Shown here: one piece after another, positions 1-11,900 of the stretch
Position numbering within the stretch: the first letter of the stretch is position 1
Layout of the letters: every line of letters begins with the position of its first letter
DNA from: Antedon mediterranea
Taxonomy: Eukaryota; Animalia; Echinodermata
Assembly: GCF_964355755.1 (NCBI RefSeq)
Contig: NW_027306096.1
Span: forward strand, 62,001 to 126,000
Direction of reading: 5' to 3'
Length of the DNA stretch: 64,000 bases
Translations under genes and position numbers: made by a program
The notes under the pieces: generated by a model
Seen by the model: the letters and a program-made list of their open reading frames with translations, nothing else
Database searches by the model: none
Told to the model about the DNA's origin: nothing

Positions 1-520
1 CTTCTAATTGAAGAGTCGGTGTAAGGTCTCAATTTTATGTGAACGTATTTTGATTGTATGATCTCATTGAGTGGCATGACGACGATAGAATCATGATCAC
101 TACGCCCTAAAGGCGCATGGCGTTCTGGAAGGTGATAATGTTCGGGATGGCTCATAAAGATCTTATCAAGAAGAGACGTCCCACGTGTATGAAAATTAAC
201 GATCTGGGTTAAGGCAAGACTAGACGTGAGTTGGTCAGTGTCTAAGTCGTTAAAATCACCCAATATGATAATAGGTGTAGACATGTCTTTGGTGCGAATA
301 GAATCAACTGTCTGTATTAGATGGTTTAACAAATCCTCACTACCTTCTGCTGATGGTGGGTAATAAACAGCCCCAATGTAAATGTTTTGCGACGTTCTGC
401 CAGTAGTAGGTGACACTATTTTCCTCCAACAACATTCGTAGTTACATAAAGGATGCTCGTCGATAGTATTCACACAAAACTTTTCTGCTACAAACAAAGC
501 GATTCCCCCGCCACTACGTT
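1..520 (-). mobile_element. 5'-truncated non-LTR retrotransposon (LINE, CR1-group; Rex1/Babar-like is tentative), APE endonuclease region, continuing beyond the window
   Basis: APE motifs in the expected order: GGG-I-A-L-F-V, Y-Y-P-P, G-D-F-N, T-R-G..L-D, S-D-H. The N-terminal motifs (ETWL-type glutamate, RxDR) are absent. The junction position (~520-540) is approximate. Confidence 0.85.
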
Positions 521-1061
521 CGAAATTGTCAATAGTGGCATCGATTGGGGTGGACATGGCTACAGCTGCTCTACATTTTGGTGGAAGGGTCGAAATAAAT
601 TTATTCTTTATCTGCTGGTCAGCGTATCCAATTCTGTCTGCGGCTTGTTTGATTTTGGTTAAGTGCTTTTCGGCGTTGTCGCCAGTGGTGTATGTAATTG
701 AATCGTATTCTCTTATGTGCGCATAGATTGATTTGTTTTTACTAAACCTGTTGATGAATTGGGTTTTTAAGGATTCTAGTGAATCGAACTGCTTTCCCTC
801 AATCCAGAGTCTAGCTTGGCCCTGAAGGCTACGTTTGAAAATACTTATTACATTAAATAATTGCGCATTGTTTACAGGGTTTTCTAAAGTGTGGGCCTCA
901 AGGTAGTCGGTAAACGATAAGTAGTGTGCACTACATTGGTCGTGATCGGTTATGGAACCGTCATATCTTTTGGGAAGGAAATCGGTTTGTCTTAGGTGGG
1001 GCACGGGGTGAGGATTGACGGGCTCATTTAAAATTACTTCGTTATCAACAATGTCGACCAT
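1..1061 (-). CDS. Chimeric ORF, >=353 aa, open off the left edge: Ty3/Gypsy-type Gag (capsid-like, ~181 aa) in frame with an N-terminally truncated LINE APE endonuclease (>=172 aa)
   Basis: Manual translation from ATG at 1061-1059 shows no stop to base 1: MVDIVDNEVIL...FLPKRYDGS...HYLSFTDYLE...FKRSLQGQARLWIE...SLESLKTQFINRFS...IKQAADRIGY...IKNKFISTLPP...DNFE-RSGGGIALFV...IGAVYYPP...IIILGDFND...LTQIVNFHTRG...LDKIF...PLGRSDH...RPYTDSSIR. Probably absent from the ORF track because it has no stop codon in the window. Confidence 0.85.
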   Translation of the reverse strand, partial: MVDIVDNEVILNEPVNPHPVPHLRQTDFLPKRYDGSITDHDQCSAHYLSFTDYLEAHTLENPVNNAQLFNVISIFKRSLQGQARLWIEGKQFDSLESLKTQFINRFSKNKSIYAHIREYDSITYTTGDNAEKHLTKIKQAADRIGYADQQIKNKFISTLPPKCRAAVAMSTPIDATIDNFERSGGGIALFVAEKFCVNTIDEHPLCNYECCWRKIVSPTTGRTSQNIYIGAVYYPPSAEGSEDLLNHLIQTVDSIRTKDMSTPIIILGDFNDLDTDQLTSSLALTQIVNFHTRGTSLLDKIFMSHPEHYHLPERHAPLGRSDHDSIVVMPLNEIIQSKYVHIKLRPYTDSSIR

Positions 1062-1204
1062 ACTTTATAATATTAATTATTCAAAATATCAAAAACAATT
1101 TAGTGTATATATATGTAAACTCTCACTTTTCAATCAAGGTTACAAATCAAAAATCAAAATGGTTTTGACTTACCCCAAATGCTTCGGATCCAATTAAAAA
1201 TGAA

Positions 1205-1415
1205 TTAAAGGAATGCAAAAAAGTGTTCAAAAATGTTCAAATGTTCAAACAACGAATTAAAAAAATGTTAAAAGTGTTCATCAATGTTCAAATTTTCAAA
1301 CAACGAATTCAAAAAAATGCGAAAGGTGTTCATCAATGTTTAAAATGGTCAAAAAAAATAAATGTTAAAAAAAACGATCGAAAAAAAACGGCGTGAAGTT
1401 GAAAGTGTTCAAACG
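1205..1415. repeat. Degenerate A-rich ~51-bp tandem repeat built of TGTTCA subunits (leader)
   Basis: AACAACGAATT at ~1248 and ~1299; repeated (A/G)TGTTCA(A/T) motifs. Confidence 0.6.
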
Positions 1416-1457
1416 AAATAGTTCTTGTCCGCTTGCTTCTGTTTTGATTCTGCTTGG

Positions 1458-1662
1458 GTCTTCCTAGATTATCTTCTTTGTCTTTATCCAATGGTTATAA
1501 TTTGATAAAATTTCTGCTTGTCTCGATCTCATTCAAATATAATTTCAGCTTGTCTTTTGTGTCTTCCTCGATTATCTTCTTTGTCTTCATCCAATGGTAA
1601 TAATTTGATCAAATTTCTGCTTGTCTCGATCTCATTCAAATATAATTTCAGCTTGTCTTTTG
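1458..1662. repeat. Two-copy tandem duplication, period 103 bp, in the LTR-element leader
   Basis: GTCTTCCT(A/C)GATTATCTTCTTTGTCTT...CAGCTTGTCTTTTG starts at 1458 and 1561, with only a handful of substitutions. Confidence 0.9.
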
Positions 1663-1785
1663 AATCAAAGTAAATTTCAGGTTTTCTCCTTTCAAACAAA
1701 TATGGTTATTTTTGTCTTCGTCTTCGTCTTCGTGTCTTGTTAAGTGTTTATTTCTTGTTTTCTCACTCCGTTCCTTATGAAATTT

Positions 1786-1798
1786 GGGTCTTCCACCA
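1786..1798 (-). promoter_or_regulatory. Primer-binding site TGGTGGAAGACCC, possibly tRNA-Ala primed
   Basis: TGG directly follows the LTR end ...TTACA. The complement reads ...U-C-C-A-CCA, matching the U70-C71-C72-A73-CCA end typical of tRNA-Ala. PBS length and tRNA identity are inferred. Confidence 0.65.
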
Positions 1799-2384
1799 TG
1801 TAATATAATGTTGCGTTGTTGAGGTACTAATGAAGACTCTTACCCGCTGGACTGTCGTAACACATATATTGTTTATTCAGTATAATACTTCAGTACAATA
1901 TACAACTATAAGTATAGATAAAAAACAGAGAATACAGTGATGCTGTCGGTGAGGTGTGAAGTGTGTAGGTCTGCTTCTGAAGAAGTGGCTGTGAGGTGTG
2001 TCTGGGCCCTTCTGAAACTTGGGAGTATATTGGCCCTCGGTTCATTTACATATGTCACTACGTAATCTTAGAGGTTACTGATTGGTCCTAAGTTGGTCCA
2101 GGGGTGTTTAAGTGGGAGTGATTAACGGTATAATAAGGTATTTCTGTGATGGATAACACTGTCAAATCTGTACTTAAATAGTGTCGATCACTCCTGGTTT
2201 AACGATGGGAAAAGTCACAAAATTAAGCTAAGTGTTTTCTTTAGGGATTCTATTATAAACTAAATGGTCATTAAAACATCTGGACAAACTCTCCTCTGGA
2301 CTTTCTGGGTCAAGTTTGTGAACCTATTTGAATTCCGATACAAAGGTCGATTTCTTAAATATAAAAGTATATCGTTATATTACA
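1799..2384 (-). repeat. 5' long terminal repeat, 586 bp
   Basis: Perfect 10-bp terminal inverted repeat TGTAATATAA (1799-1808) / TTATATTACA (2375-2384). Minus-strand AATAAA at 1877-1872 and CCAAT at 2085-2081 and 2033-2029. The partner LTR is not in the window. Confidence 0.8.
1872..1877 (-). promoter_or_regulatory. Polyadenylation signal AATAAA in the LTR
   Basis: TTTATT on + strand, about 73 nt upstream of the LTR 3' end, a plausible R/U5 position. Confidence 0.5.
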
Positions 2385-2934
2385 TTGATTACACAAAAAT
2401 ATCAAAGTGCTTAAAATCACATTTGAAACCGTTTTAGACCATTTTGTGCATTTCGATGAAACTTTTCACACAAAAACCTCAAAGTGCACAAAATAGCTTC
2501 AAATCGCATTTGGAGACGTTTTAGACCATTTTGAGCATTTCGATGAAACTTTTCACACAAAAACGACAAAGTGCACAAAATAGCTTCAAATCGCATTTAG
2601 AGACGTTCTAGACCATTTTGTGCATTTCGATGAAACTTTTCACACAAAAACATCAAAGTGCACAAAATAGCTTCAAATCGCATTTAGAGACGTTTTAGAC
2701 CATTTTGTGCATTTCGATGAAACTTTTCACAAAAAAACATCAAAGTGCACAAAATAGCTTCAAATCGCATTTGGAGACGTTTTAGACCATTTTGAGCATT
2801 TCGATGAAACTTTTCACACAAAAACGACAAAGTGCACAAAATAGCTTCAAATCGCACTTAGAGACGTTTTAGACCATTTTGTGCATTTCGATGAAACTTT
2901 TCACACAAAAACATCAAAGTGCACAAAATAGCTT
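2385..2934 (-). repeat. 87-bp satellite, inverted block (~6.3 monomers)
   Basis: Reverse complement of the main monomer (…AAAACATCAAAGTGCACAAAATAGCTTCAAATCGCATTTGGAGACGTTTTAGACCATTTTGTGCATTTCGATGAAACTTTTCACAC…). Confidence 0.95.
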
Positions 2935-5900
2935 TAAGCTATTGTATGCACTTTGATGTTTTTGTGTGAAAAGTTTTTTCGAAATGCACAAAATGGTCTA
3001 AAACGTCTCCAAATGTGATTTGGAGCTCTTTTGTGCACTTTGATGTTTTGTGTAAAAAGTTTTATAGAAATGCTCAAAATGGTCTAAAACGTTTTCAAAT
3101 GTGATTTTAAGCACTTTAATGTTTTGTGTGAAAAGTTTTATCGAAATGCTCAAAATGGTCTAAAACGGTTTCAAATGTGATTTTAAGCACTTTGATATTT
3201 TTGTGTATTCAAGTTTTTTTCGAAATGCACAACATGGTCTAAAACGTCTACAAATGCGATTTGAAACTATTTTGTGCACTTTGATGTTTTGTGTAATGAA
3301 ACGCACAAAATGGTCTAAAACGTCTCCAAATGCGATTTGAAGCTATTTTGTGCACTTTGTTGTTTTGTGTGAAAAGTTTCATCGAAATGCACAAAATTGT
3401 CTAAAACGTCTCCAAATACGATTTGAAGCTATTTTGTGCACTTTGATGTTTTTGTGTGAAAAGTTTCATCGAAATGCACAAAATGGTCTAAAACGTCTCT
3501 CAATGCGATTTGAAGCTATTTTGTGCACATTGATGTTTTTGTGTGAAAAGTTTCATCGAAATGCACAAAATGTTCTAAAACGTCTCCAAATACGATATTA
3601 AGCTATTGTATGTATTTTGATGTTTTTGTGTGAAAAGTTTTATCGAAATACTCAAAATGGTCTAAAACGGTTTCAAATGTGATTTTAAGCACTTTGAGGT
3701 TTTTGTGTAATCAAATTTCATCGAAATGCACAAAATGGTCTAAAACGTCTCCAAATGCGATTTGAAGCTATTTTGTGCACTTTGATGTTTTGTGTGAAAA
3801 GTTTCATCGAAATGCACAAATTGGTCTAAAACGTCTCCAAATACGATATTAAGTTATTGTATGTACTTTGTTGTTTTTGTGTGAAAAGTTTCATCGAAAT
3901 GCACAAATTGGTCTAAAACGACTCCAAATGCGATTTGAAGCTATTTTATGCACTTTGATGTTTTGTGTGAAAAGTTTCATCGAAAATCACAAAATGGTCA
4001 AAAACGTCTCCAAATACGATTATAAGCTGTTGTATGCACATTGATGTTTTTGGTTGAAAAGTTTCATCGAAATGCACAAAATGGTCTAAAACGTCTCCAA
4101 ATACGATATTAAGCTATTGTATGCACTTTGTTGTTTTTGTGTGAAAAGTTTCATCGAAATGCACAAAATGGTCTAAAACGTCTCCAAATGCGATTTGAAG
4201 CTATTTTGTGCAATTTGATGGTTTTGTGTGAAAAGTTTCATCGAAATGGACAAAATGGTCAAAAACGTCTCCAAATACGATAATAAACTATTGTATGCAC
4301 TTTGATGTTTTTGTGTGAAAAGTTTTAACGAAATGCACAAAATGGTCTAAAACGTCTCCAAATCCATTTTTAAGCTATTCTAAGCACTTTGGTGTTTTTA
4401 TGTTACCAAGTTTTTTCGAAATGCACAAAATGGTCTAAAACGTCTCTCAATGCGATTTGAAGCTATTTTGTGCACATTGATGTTTTTGTGTGAAAAGTTT
4501 CATCGAAATGCACAAAATGTTCTAAAACGTCTCCAAATACGATATTAAGCTATTGTATGTATTTTGATGTTTTTGTGTGAAAAGTTTTATCGAAATACTC
4601 AAAATGGTCTAAAACGGTTTCAAATGTGATTTTAAGCACTTTGATGTTTTTGTGTAATCAAATTTCATCGAAATGCACAAAATGGTCTAAAACGTCTGCA
4701 AATGCGATTTGAAGCTATTTTGTGCACTTTGATGTTTTGTGTAATAAAGTTTCATCGAAATGCTCAAAATGGTCTAAAACGTCTCAAAATGCGATTTGAA
4801 GCTATTTTGTACACTTTGATGTTTTGTGTGAAAAGTTTCATCGAAATGCACAAATTGGTCTAAAACGTCTCCAAATACGATATTAAGTTATTGTATGTAC
4901 TTTGTTGTTTTTGTGTGAAAAGTTTCATCGAAATGCACCAATTGGTCTAAAACGTCTCCAAATGCGATTTGAAGCTATTTTGTGCACTTTGATGTTTTGT
5001 GTGAAAAGTTTCATCGAAAATCACAAAATGGTCTAAAACGTCTCCAAATACGATTATAAGCTGTTGTATGCACATTGATGTTTTTGGTTGAAAAGTTTCA
5101 TCGAAATGCACAAAATGGTCTAAAACGTCTCCAAAAACGATATTGAGCTATTGTATGCACTTTGTTGTTTTTGTGTGAAAAGTTTCATCGAAATGCACAA
5201 AATGGTCTAAAACGTCTCCAAATGAGATTTGAAGCTATTTTGTGGAATTTGATGGTTTTGTGTGAAAAGTTTCATCGAAATGCACAAAATGGTCAAAAAC
5301 GTCTCCAAATGCGATTTGAAACTATTTTGTGCAATTTGATGGTTTTGTGTGAAAAGTTTCATCGAAATGCACAAAATGGTCAAAAACGTCTCCAAATACG
5401 ATAATAAGCTATTGTATGCACTTTGATGTTTTCGTGTGAAAAGTTTTAACGAAATGCACAAAATGGTCTAAAACGTCTCCAAATCCATTTTTAAGCTATT
5501 CTAAGCACTTTGGTGTTTTTATGTTACCAAGTTTTTTCGAAATGCACAAAATGGTCTAAAACGTCTACAAATGCGATTTGAAGCTATTTTGTGCACTTTG
5601 ATGTTTTGTGTAATGAAACGCACAAAATGGTCAAAAACGTCTCCAAATGCGATTTGAAGCTATTTTGTGAACTTTGATGTTTTGTGTGAAAAGTTTCATC
5701 GAAATGCACAAAATTGTCTAAAACGTCTCCAAATACGTTATTAAGCTATTGTATGCACTTTGTTGTTTTTGAGTGAAAAGTTTCATCGAAATGCTCAAAA
5801 TGGTCTAAAACGTCTCCAAATGCGATTTGAAGCTATTTTGTGCACTTTGATGTTTTTGTGTGAAAAGTTTCATCGAAATGCACAAAATGGTCTAAAACCA

Positions 5901-8900
5901 TTACGATATTAAGCTATTGTATGTACTTTGTTGTTTTTGTGTGAAAAGTTTCATCGAAATGCACAAATTGGTCTAAAACGTCTCCAAATGCGATTTGAAG
6001 CTATTTTGTGCACTTTGATGTTTTGTGTGAAATGTTTCATCGAAATGCACAAAATGTTCTAAAACGTCTCCGAATACGATATTAAGCTATTGTATGTAGG
6101 CTACTTTGTTGTTTTTGTGTGAAAAGTTTCATCGAAATGCTCAAAATGTTTCATCGAAACGCACAACATGGTCTAAAACGTCTGCAAATGCGATTTGAAG
6201 CTATTTTGTGCACTTTGATGTTTTGTGTAATCAAGTTTCATCGAAATGCACAAAATGGTCTAAAACGTCTCCAAATGCGATTTGGAGCTATTTTGTGCAC
6301 TTTGATGTTTTGTGTGAAAAATCAAAATGCACAAAATGGTCTAAAACGTCTCCAAATACGATATTAACCTATTGTATGCACTTTGTTGTTATTGTGTGAA
6401 AAGTTTCATCGAAATGCACAAAATGGTCTAAAACGTCTCCAAATGCGATTTGAAGATATTTTGTGCACTTTGATGTTTTTGTGTGAAAAGTTTCATCGAA
6501 ATGCACAAAATGGTCTAAAACGTCTCCAAATACGATATTAAGCTATTGTATGCACTTTGTTGTTTTTGTCTGAAAAGTTTTCCCGAAATGCACAAAATGG
6601 TCTAAAACGTCTCTAAATGTGATTTGAAGTTAATTTTTGCACTTTGATGTTTTTGTGTGAAAAGTTTCATCGAAATGCACAAAATGGTCTAAAACGTCTC
6701 CAAATATGATATTAGGCTATTGTATGCACTTTGTTGTTTTTGTCTGAAAAGTTTTCACGAATTTCAGAAAATGGTCTAAAACGTCTCTAAATGCGATTTG
6801 AATTTATTTTGTGCACTTTGATGTTTTGTGCGAAAAGTTTTATCGAAATGCTCAAAGTGGTCTAAAACGGTTTCAAATGTGATTTTAAGCACTTTGATGT
6901 TTTTGCGTAATAAAGTTTCATCGAAATGCACAAAATGGTCTAAAACGTCTGCAAATGCGATATGAAGTTATTTTGTGCACTTTGATGTTTTGTGTAATCC
7001 AGTTTCATCGAAATGTACAAAATTGTCTAGAACCTCTCAAAATGCGATATTAAGCTATTGTATGCACTTTGTTGTTTTTGTGTAATAAAGTTTCATCGAA
7101 ATGCACAAAATGGTCTAAAACGTCTCCAAATGCAATTTGAAGCTATTTAGTGCACTTTGATGTTTTGTGTGAAAAGTTTCACCAAAATGCACAAAATGGT
7201 CTAAAACGTCTCCAAATACGATATTAAGCTATTGTATGCACTTTGATGTTTATGTGTGAAAATTTTTTTCGAATGCAAAAAATTTTCTAAAACGTCTCCA
7301 AATCCGACTTTGAGCTCTTTTGTGCACTTTGATGTTTTGTGTAATGAAAGGCACAAAATGGTCTAAAACGTCTCCAAATGCGATTTGAAGCTATTTTGTG
7401 CACTTTGTTGTTTTCGTGTGAAAAGTTTCATCGAAATGCTCAAAATGGTCTAAAACGTCTCCAAATGCGATTTGAAGATATTTTGTGCACTTTGATGTTT
7501 TTGTGTGAAAAGTTTCATAGAAATGCACAAAATGGTCTAAAACGTCTCCAAATACGATATTAACCTATTGTATGCACTTTGTTGTTTTCGTGTGAAAAGT
7601 TTCATCGAAATGCTCAAAATGGTCTAAAACGTCTCCAAATGCGATTTGAAGATATTTTGTGCACTTTGATGTTTTTGTGTGAAAAGTTTCATAGAAATGC
7701 ACAAAATGGTCTAAAACGTCTCCAAATGCGATTTGAAGATATTTTGTGCACTTTGATGTTTTTGTGTGAAAAGTTTCATCGAAATGCACAAAATGGTCTA
7801 AAACGTCTCCAAATACGATATTAAGCTATTGTATGCACTTTGTTGTTTTTGTCTGAAAAGTTTTCATCGAAATGCACAAAATGTTCTAAAACGTCTCCAA
7901 ATACGATATTAAGCTATTGTATGTATTTTGATGTTTTTGTGTGAAAAGTTTTATCGAAATGCTCAAAATGGTCTAAAACGGTTTCAAATGTGATTTTAAG
8001 CACTTTGATGTTTTTGTGTAATCAAGTTTCATCGAAACGCACAACATGGTCTAAAACGTCTGCAAATGCGATTTGAAGCTATTTTGTGCACTTTGATGTT
8101 TTGTGTAATCAAGTTTCATCGAAATGCACAAAATGGTCTAAAACGTCTCCAAATGCGATTTGGAGCTATTTTGTGCACTTTGATGTTTTGTGTGAAAAAT
8201 CAAAATGCACAAAATGGTCTAAAACGTCTCCAAATACGATATTAACCTATTGTATGCACTTTGTTGTTATTGTGTGAAAAGTCTCATCGAAATGCTCAAA
8301 ATGGTCTAAAACGTCTCCAAATGCGATTTGAAGATATTTTGTGCACTTTGATGTTTTTGTGTGAAAAGTTTCATCGAAATGCACAAAATGGTCTAAAACG
8401 TCTCCAAATACGATATTAAGCTATTTTATGCACTTTGTTGTTTTTGTGTGAAAAGTTTTCACGAAATGCACAAAATGGTCTAAAACGTCTCTAAATGCGA
8501 TTTGAAGTTAATTTTTGCACTTTGATGTTTTTGTGTAAAAAGTTTCATCGAAATGCACAAAATGGTCTAAAACGTCTCCAAATATGATATTAGGCTATTG
8601 TATGCACTTTGTTGTTTTTGTCTGAAAAGTTTTCACGAAATTCACAAAATGATCTAAAACGTCTCTAAATGCGATTTTAATTTATTTTGTGCACTTTGAT
8701 ATTTTGTGTGAAAAGTTTTATCGAAATGCTCAAAGTGGTCTAAAACGGTTTCAAATGTGATTTTAAGCACTTTGATGTTTTTGTGTAATAAAGTTTCATC
8801 GAAATGCACAAAATGGTCTAAAACGTCTGCAAATGCGATATGAAGTTATTTTGTGCACTTTGATGTTTTGTGTAATCCAGTTTCATCGAAATGTACAAAA

Positions 8901-11900
8901 TTGTCTAAAACCTCTCAAAATGCGATTTGAAGCTATTTTGTGCACTTTGATGTTTTTGTATGAAAAGTTTCATCGAAATGCACAAAATTGTCTAAAACGT
9001 CTCCAAATACGATATTAAGCTATTGTATGCACTTTGATGTTTTTGTGTGAAAAGTTTTTTCGAAATGCACAAAATGGTCTAAAACGTCTCCAAATCCGTC
9101 TTGAAGCTATTCTAAGAACTTTGGTGTTTTTATGTTACCAAGTTTTTTCGAAATGCACAAAATGGTCTAAAACGTCTCCAAATACGATTTGAAGCTATTT
9201 TGTGCACTTTGATGTTTTGTGTAATGAAACGCACAAAATGGTCTAAAACGTTTCCAAATGCGATTTGAAGCTATTTTGTGCACTTTGACGTTTTGTGTGA
9301 AAAGTTTCATCGAAAAGCCAAAAATGGTCAAAAACGTCTCAAATACGATAATAAGCTTTTGTATGCACATTGATGTTTTTGTGTGAAAAGTCTCATCGAA
9401 ACGCACAAAATGGTCTAAAATGTCTCCAAATGCGATTTGAAGCTATTTTGTGCACTTTGTTGTTTTGTGTGAAAAGTTTCATCGAAATTCACAAAATGGT
9501 CTAAAACGGTTTCAAATGTGATTTAAAGCACTTAGATGTTTTTGTGTAATCAAGTTTCATCGAAATGCACAAAATGGTCTAAAACGTCTGCAAATGCAAT
9601 TTGAAGCTATTTTGTCCACTTTGATGTTTTGTGTAATCAAGTTTCATTGAAATGCACAAAATGGTCTAAAACGTCTCCAAATGCGATTTGAAGCTATTTT
9701 GTACACTTTGATGTTTTGTGTGAAAAGTTTCATTAAAATGCACAAAATGGTCTAAAACGTCTCCAAATACGATATTAAGCTATTGTATGCACTTTGATGT
9801 TTTTGTGTGAAAAGTTTTTTCGAAATACACAAAATGGTCTAAAACGTCTCCAATTGCGATTTAGAGCTCTTTTGTGCACTTTGATGTTTTGTGTCAAAAG
9901 TTTTATAGAAATGCTCAAAATGGTCTAAAACGGTTTCAAATGTGATTTTAAGCACTTTGATGTTTTTGTGTGAAAAGTTTCATCGAAATGCACAAAATGG
10001 TCTAAAACGTCTCCAAATACGATTTGAAGCTATTTTGTGCACTTTAATAGTTTTGTGTGAAAAGTTTTATCGAAATACTCAAAATGGTCTAAAGCGGTTT
10101 CAAATGTGATTTTAAGCACTTGGATATTTTTGTGTAATCAAGTTTCATCGAAATGCACAAAATAGTCTAAAACGTCTCCAAATGCGATTTGAAGCTATTT
10201 TGTGCACTTTGATGGTTTTTGTGTGAAAAGTTTCATCGAAATGCACAAAATGGTCTAAAACGTCTCCAAATACAATTTAAAGGTATTTTGTGCACTTTAA
10301 TAGTTTTGTGTGAAAAGTTTTATGGAAATACTCAAAATGGTCTAAAACGGTTTCAAATGTGATTTTAAGCACTTTGATATTTTTGTGTAATCAAGTTTCA
10401 TCGAAATGCACAAAATGGTCAAAAACGTCTCCAAATACGATAATAAGCTGTTGTATGCACATTGATGTTTTTGTGTGAAAAGTCTCATCGAAATGCACGA
10501 AATGGTCTAAAACGTCACTAAATTCGTTTGAAGCTATTCTAAGCACGTTGGTGTTTTTTATGTTACCAAGTTTTTTCGAAATGCACAAAATGGTCTAAAA
10601 CGTCTCCAAATGCGATTTGAAACTATTTTGTGCACTTTGATGTTTTGTGTAATGAAACGCACAAAATGGTCTAAAACGACTCCAAATGCGATTTGAAGCT
10701 ATTTTGTGCACTTTGATGTTTTTGTGTGAAAAGTTTCATCGAAATGCACAAAATGGTCTAATACGTCTCCAAATACGATATTAAGCTATTGTATGCACTT
10801 TGTTGTTTTTGTGTGAAAAGTTTCATCGAAATGCACAAAATGGTCTAAAACGGTTTCAAATGTGATTTTAAGCACTTTGATATTTTTGTGTAATCAAGTT
10901 TCATCAAAATGCACAAAATGGTCTAAAACGTCAGCAAATGCGATTTGAAGCTATTTTGTGCACTTTGATGGTTTTGTGTGAAAATTTCATCGAAATGCAC
11001 AAAATGGTCAAAAACGTCTCCAAATACGATAATAAGCTGTTGTATGCACATTGATGTGTTTGTGTGAAAAGTCTCATCGAAATTCACAAAATGGTCTAAA
11101 ACGTCTCCAAATCCGTTTTGAAGCTAATCTAAGAACTTTGGTGTTTTTATGTTACCAAGTTTTTTCGAAATGCACAAAATGGTCAAAAACGTCTCCAAAT
11201 ACGAGTTGAAGTTATTTTGTGCACTTTGATGTTTTGTGTAATGAAACGCACAAAATGGTCTAAAATGTTTCCAAATGCGATTTGAAGCTATTTTGTGCAC
11301 TTTGATGTTTTGTGTGAAAAGTTTCAACAAAAAGCACAAAATGGTCAAAAACGTCTCCAAATACGATAATAAGCTGTTGTATGCACATTGATGTTTTTTT
11401 GTGAAAAGTCTCATCGAAATGCACAAAATGGTCTAAAACGTCTCCAAATCCATTTTGAAGGTATTCTAAGCACTTTGGTGTTTTTATGTTACCAAGTTTT
11501 TTTCGAAATGCACAAAATGGTCTAAAACGTCTATAAATGCGATTTGAAGCTTTTTTGTGCACTTTGATGTTTTGTGTAATGAAACGCACAAAATGGTCTA
11601 AAACGTCTGCAAATGCGATTTGAAGCTATTTTGTGCACTTTGTTGTTTTGTGTGAAAAGATTCATCGAAATGCACAAATTTGTCTAAAACGTCTCCAAAT
11701 ACGATATTAGGCTATTGTATGCACTTTGTTGTTTTTGTGTGAAAAGTTTCATCGAAATGCTCAAAATGGTCTAAAACGTCTCCAAATGCGATTTGAAGCC
11801 ATTTTGTGCACTTTGATGTTTTTGTGTGAAAAGTTTCATCAAAATGCACAAAATGGTCTAAAACGTCTGCACATACGAAATTAAATTATTGTATGCACTT

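Larger units (their letters stand above)
521..2384 (-). mobile_element. 5' portion of an LTR retrotransposon (Ty3/Gypsy-like): 5' LTR, PBS, ~720-bp leader, gag
   Basis: TG...CA-bounded LTR followed immediately by TGG, then a Gag-like ORF (P.xYDG, L.G.AR.W, LK..F..RF pattern of retrotransposon capsids). The outer end abuts the satellite mid-monomer at 2384/2385. Confidence 0.8.

Noticed and set aside
453-1197. Plus-strand ORFs 453-662, 526-726 and 1015-1197
   Set aside because: Antisense shadows of the minus-strand Gag/APE frame with no recognisable motifs.
1799-2158. Shorter LTR ending at ATAACA (2158)
   Set aside because: Only a 5/6 inverted match; the perfect 10-bp match at 2375-2384 coincides with the satellite junction.
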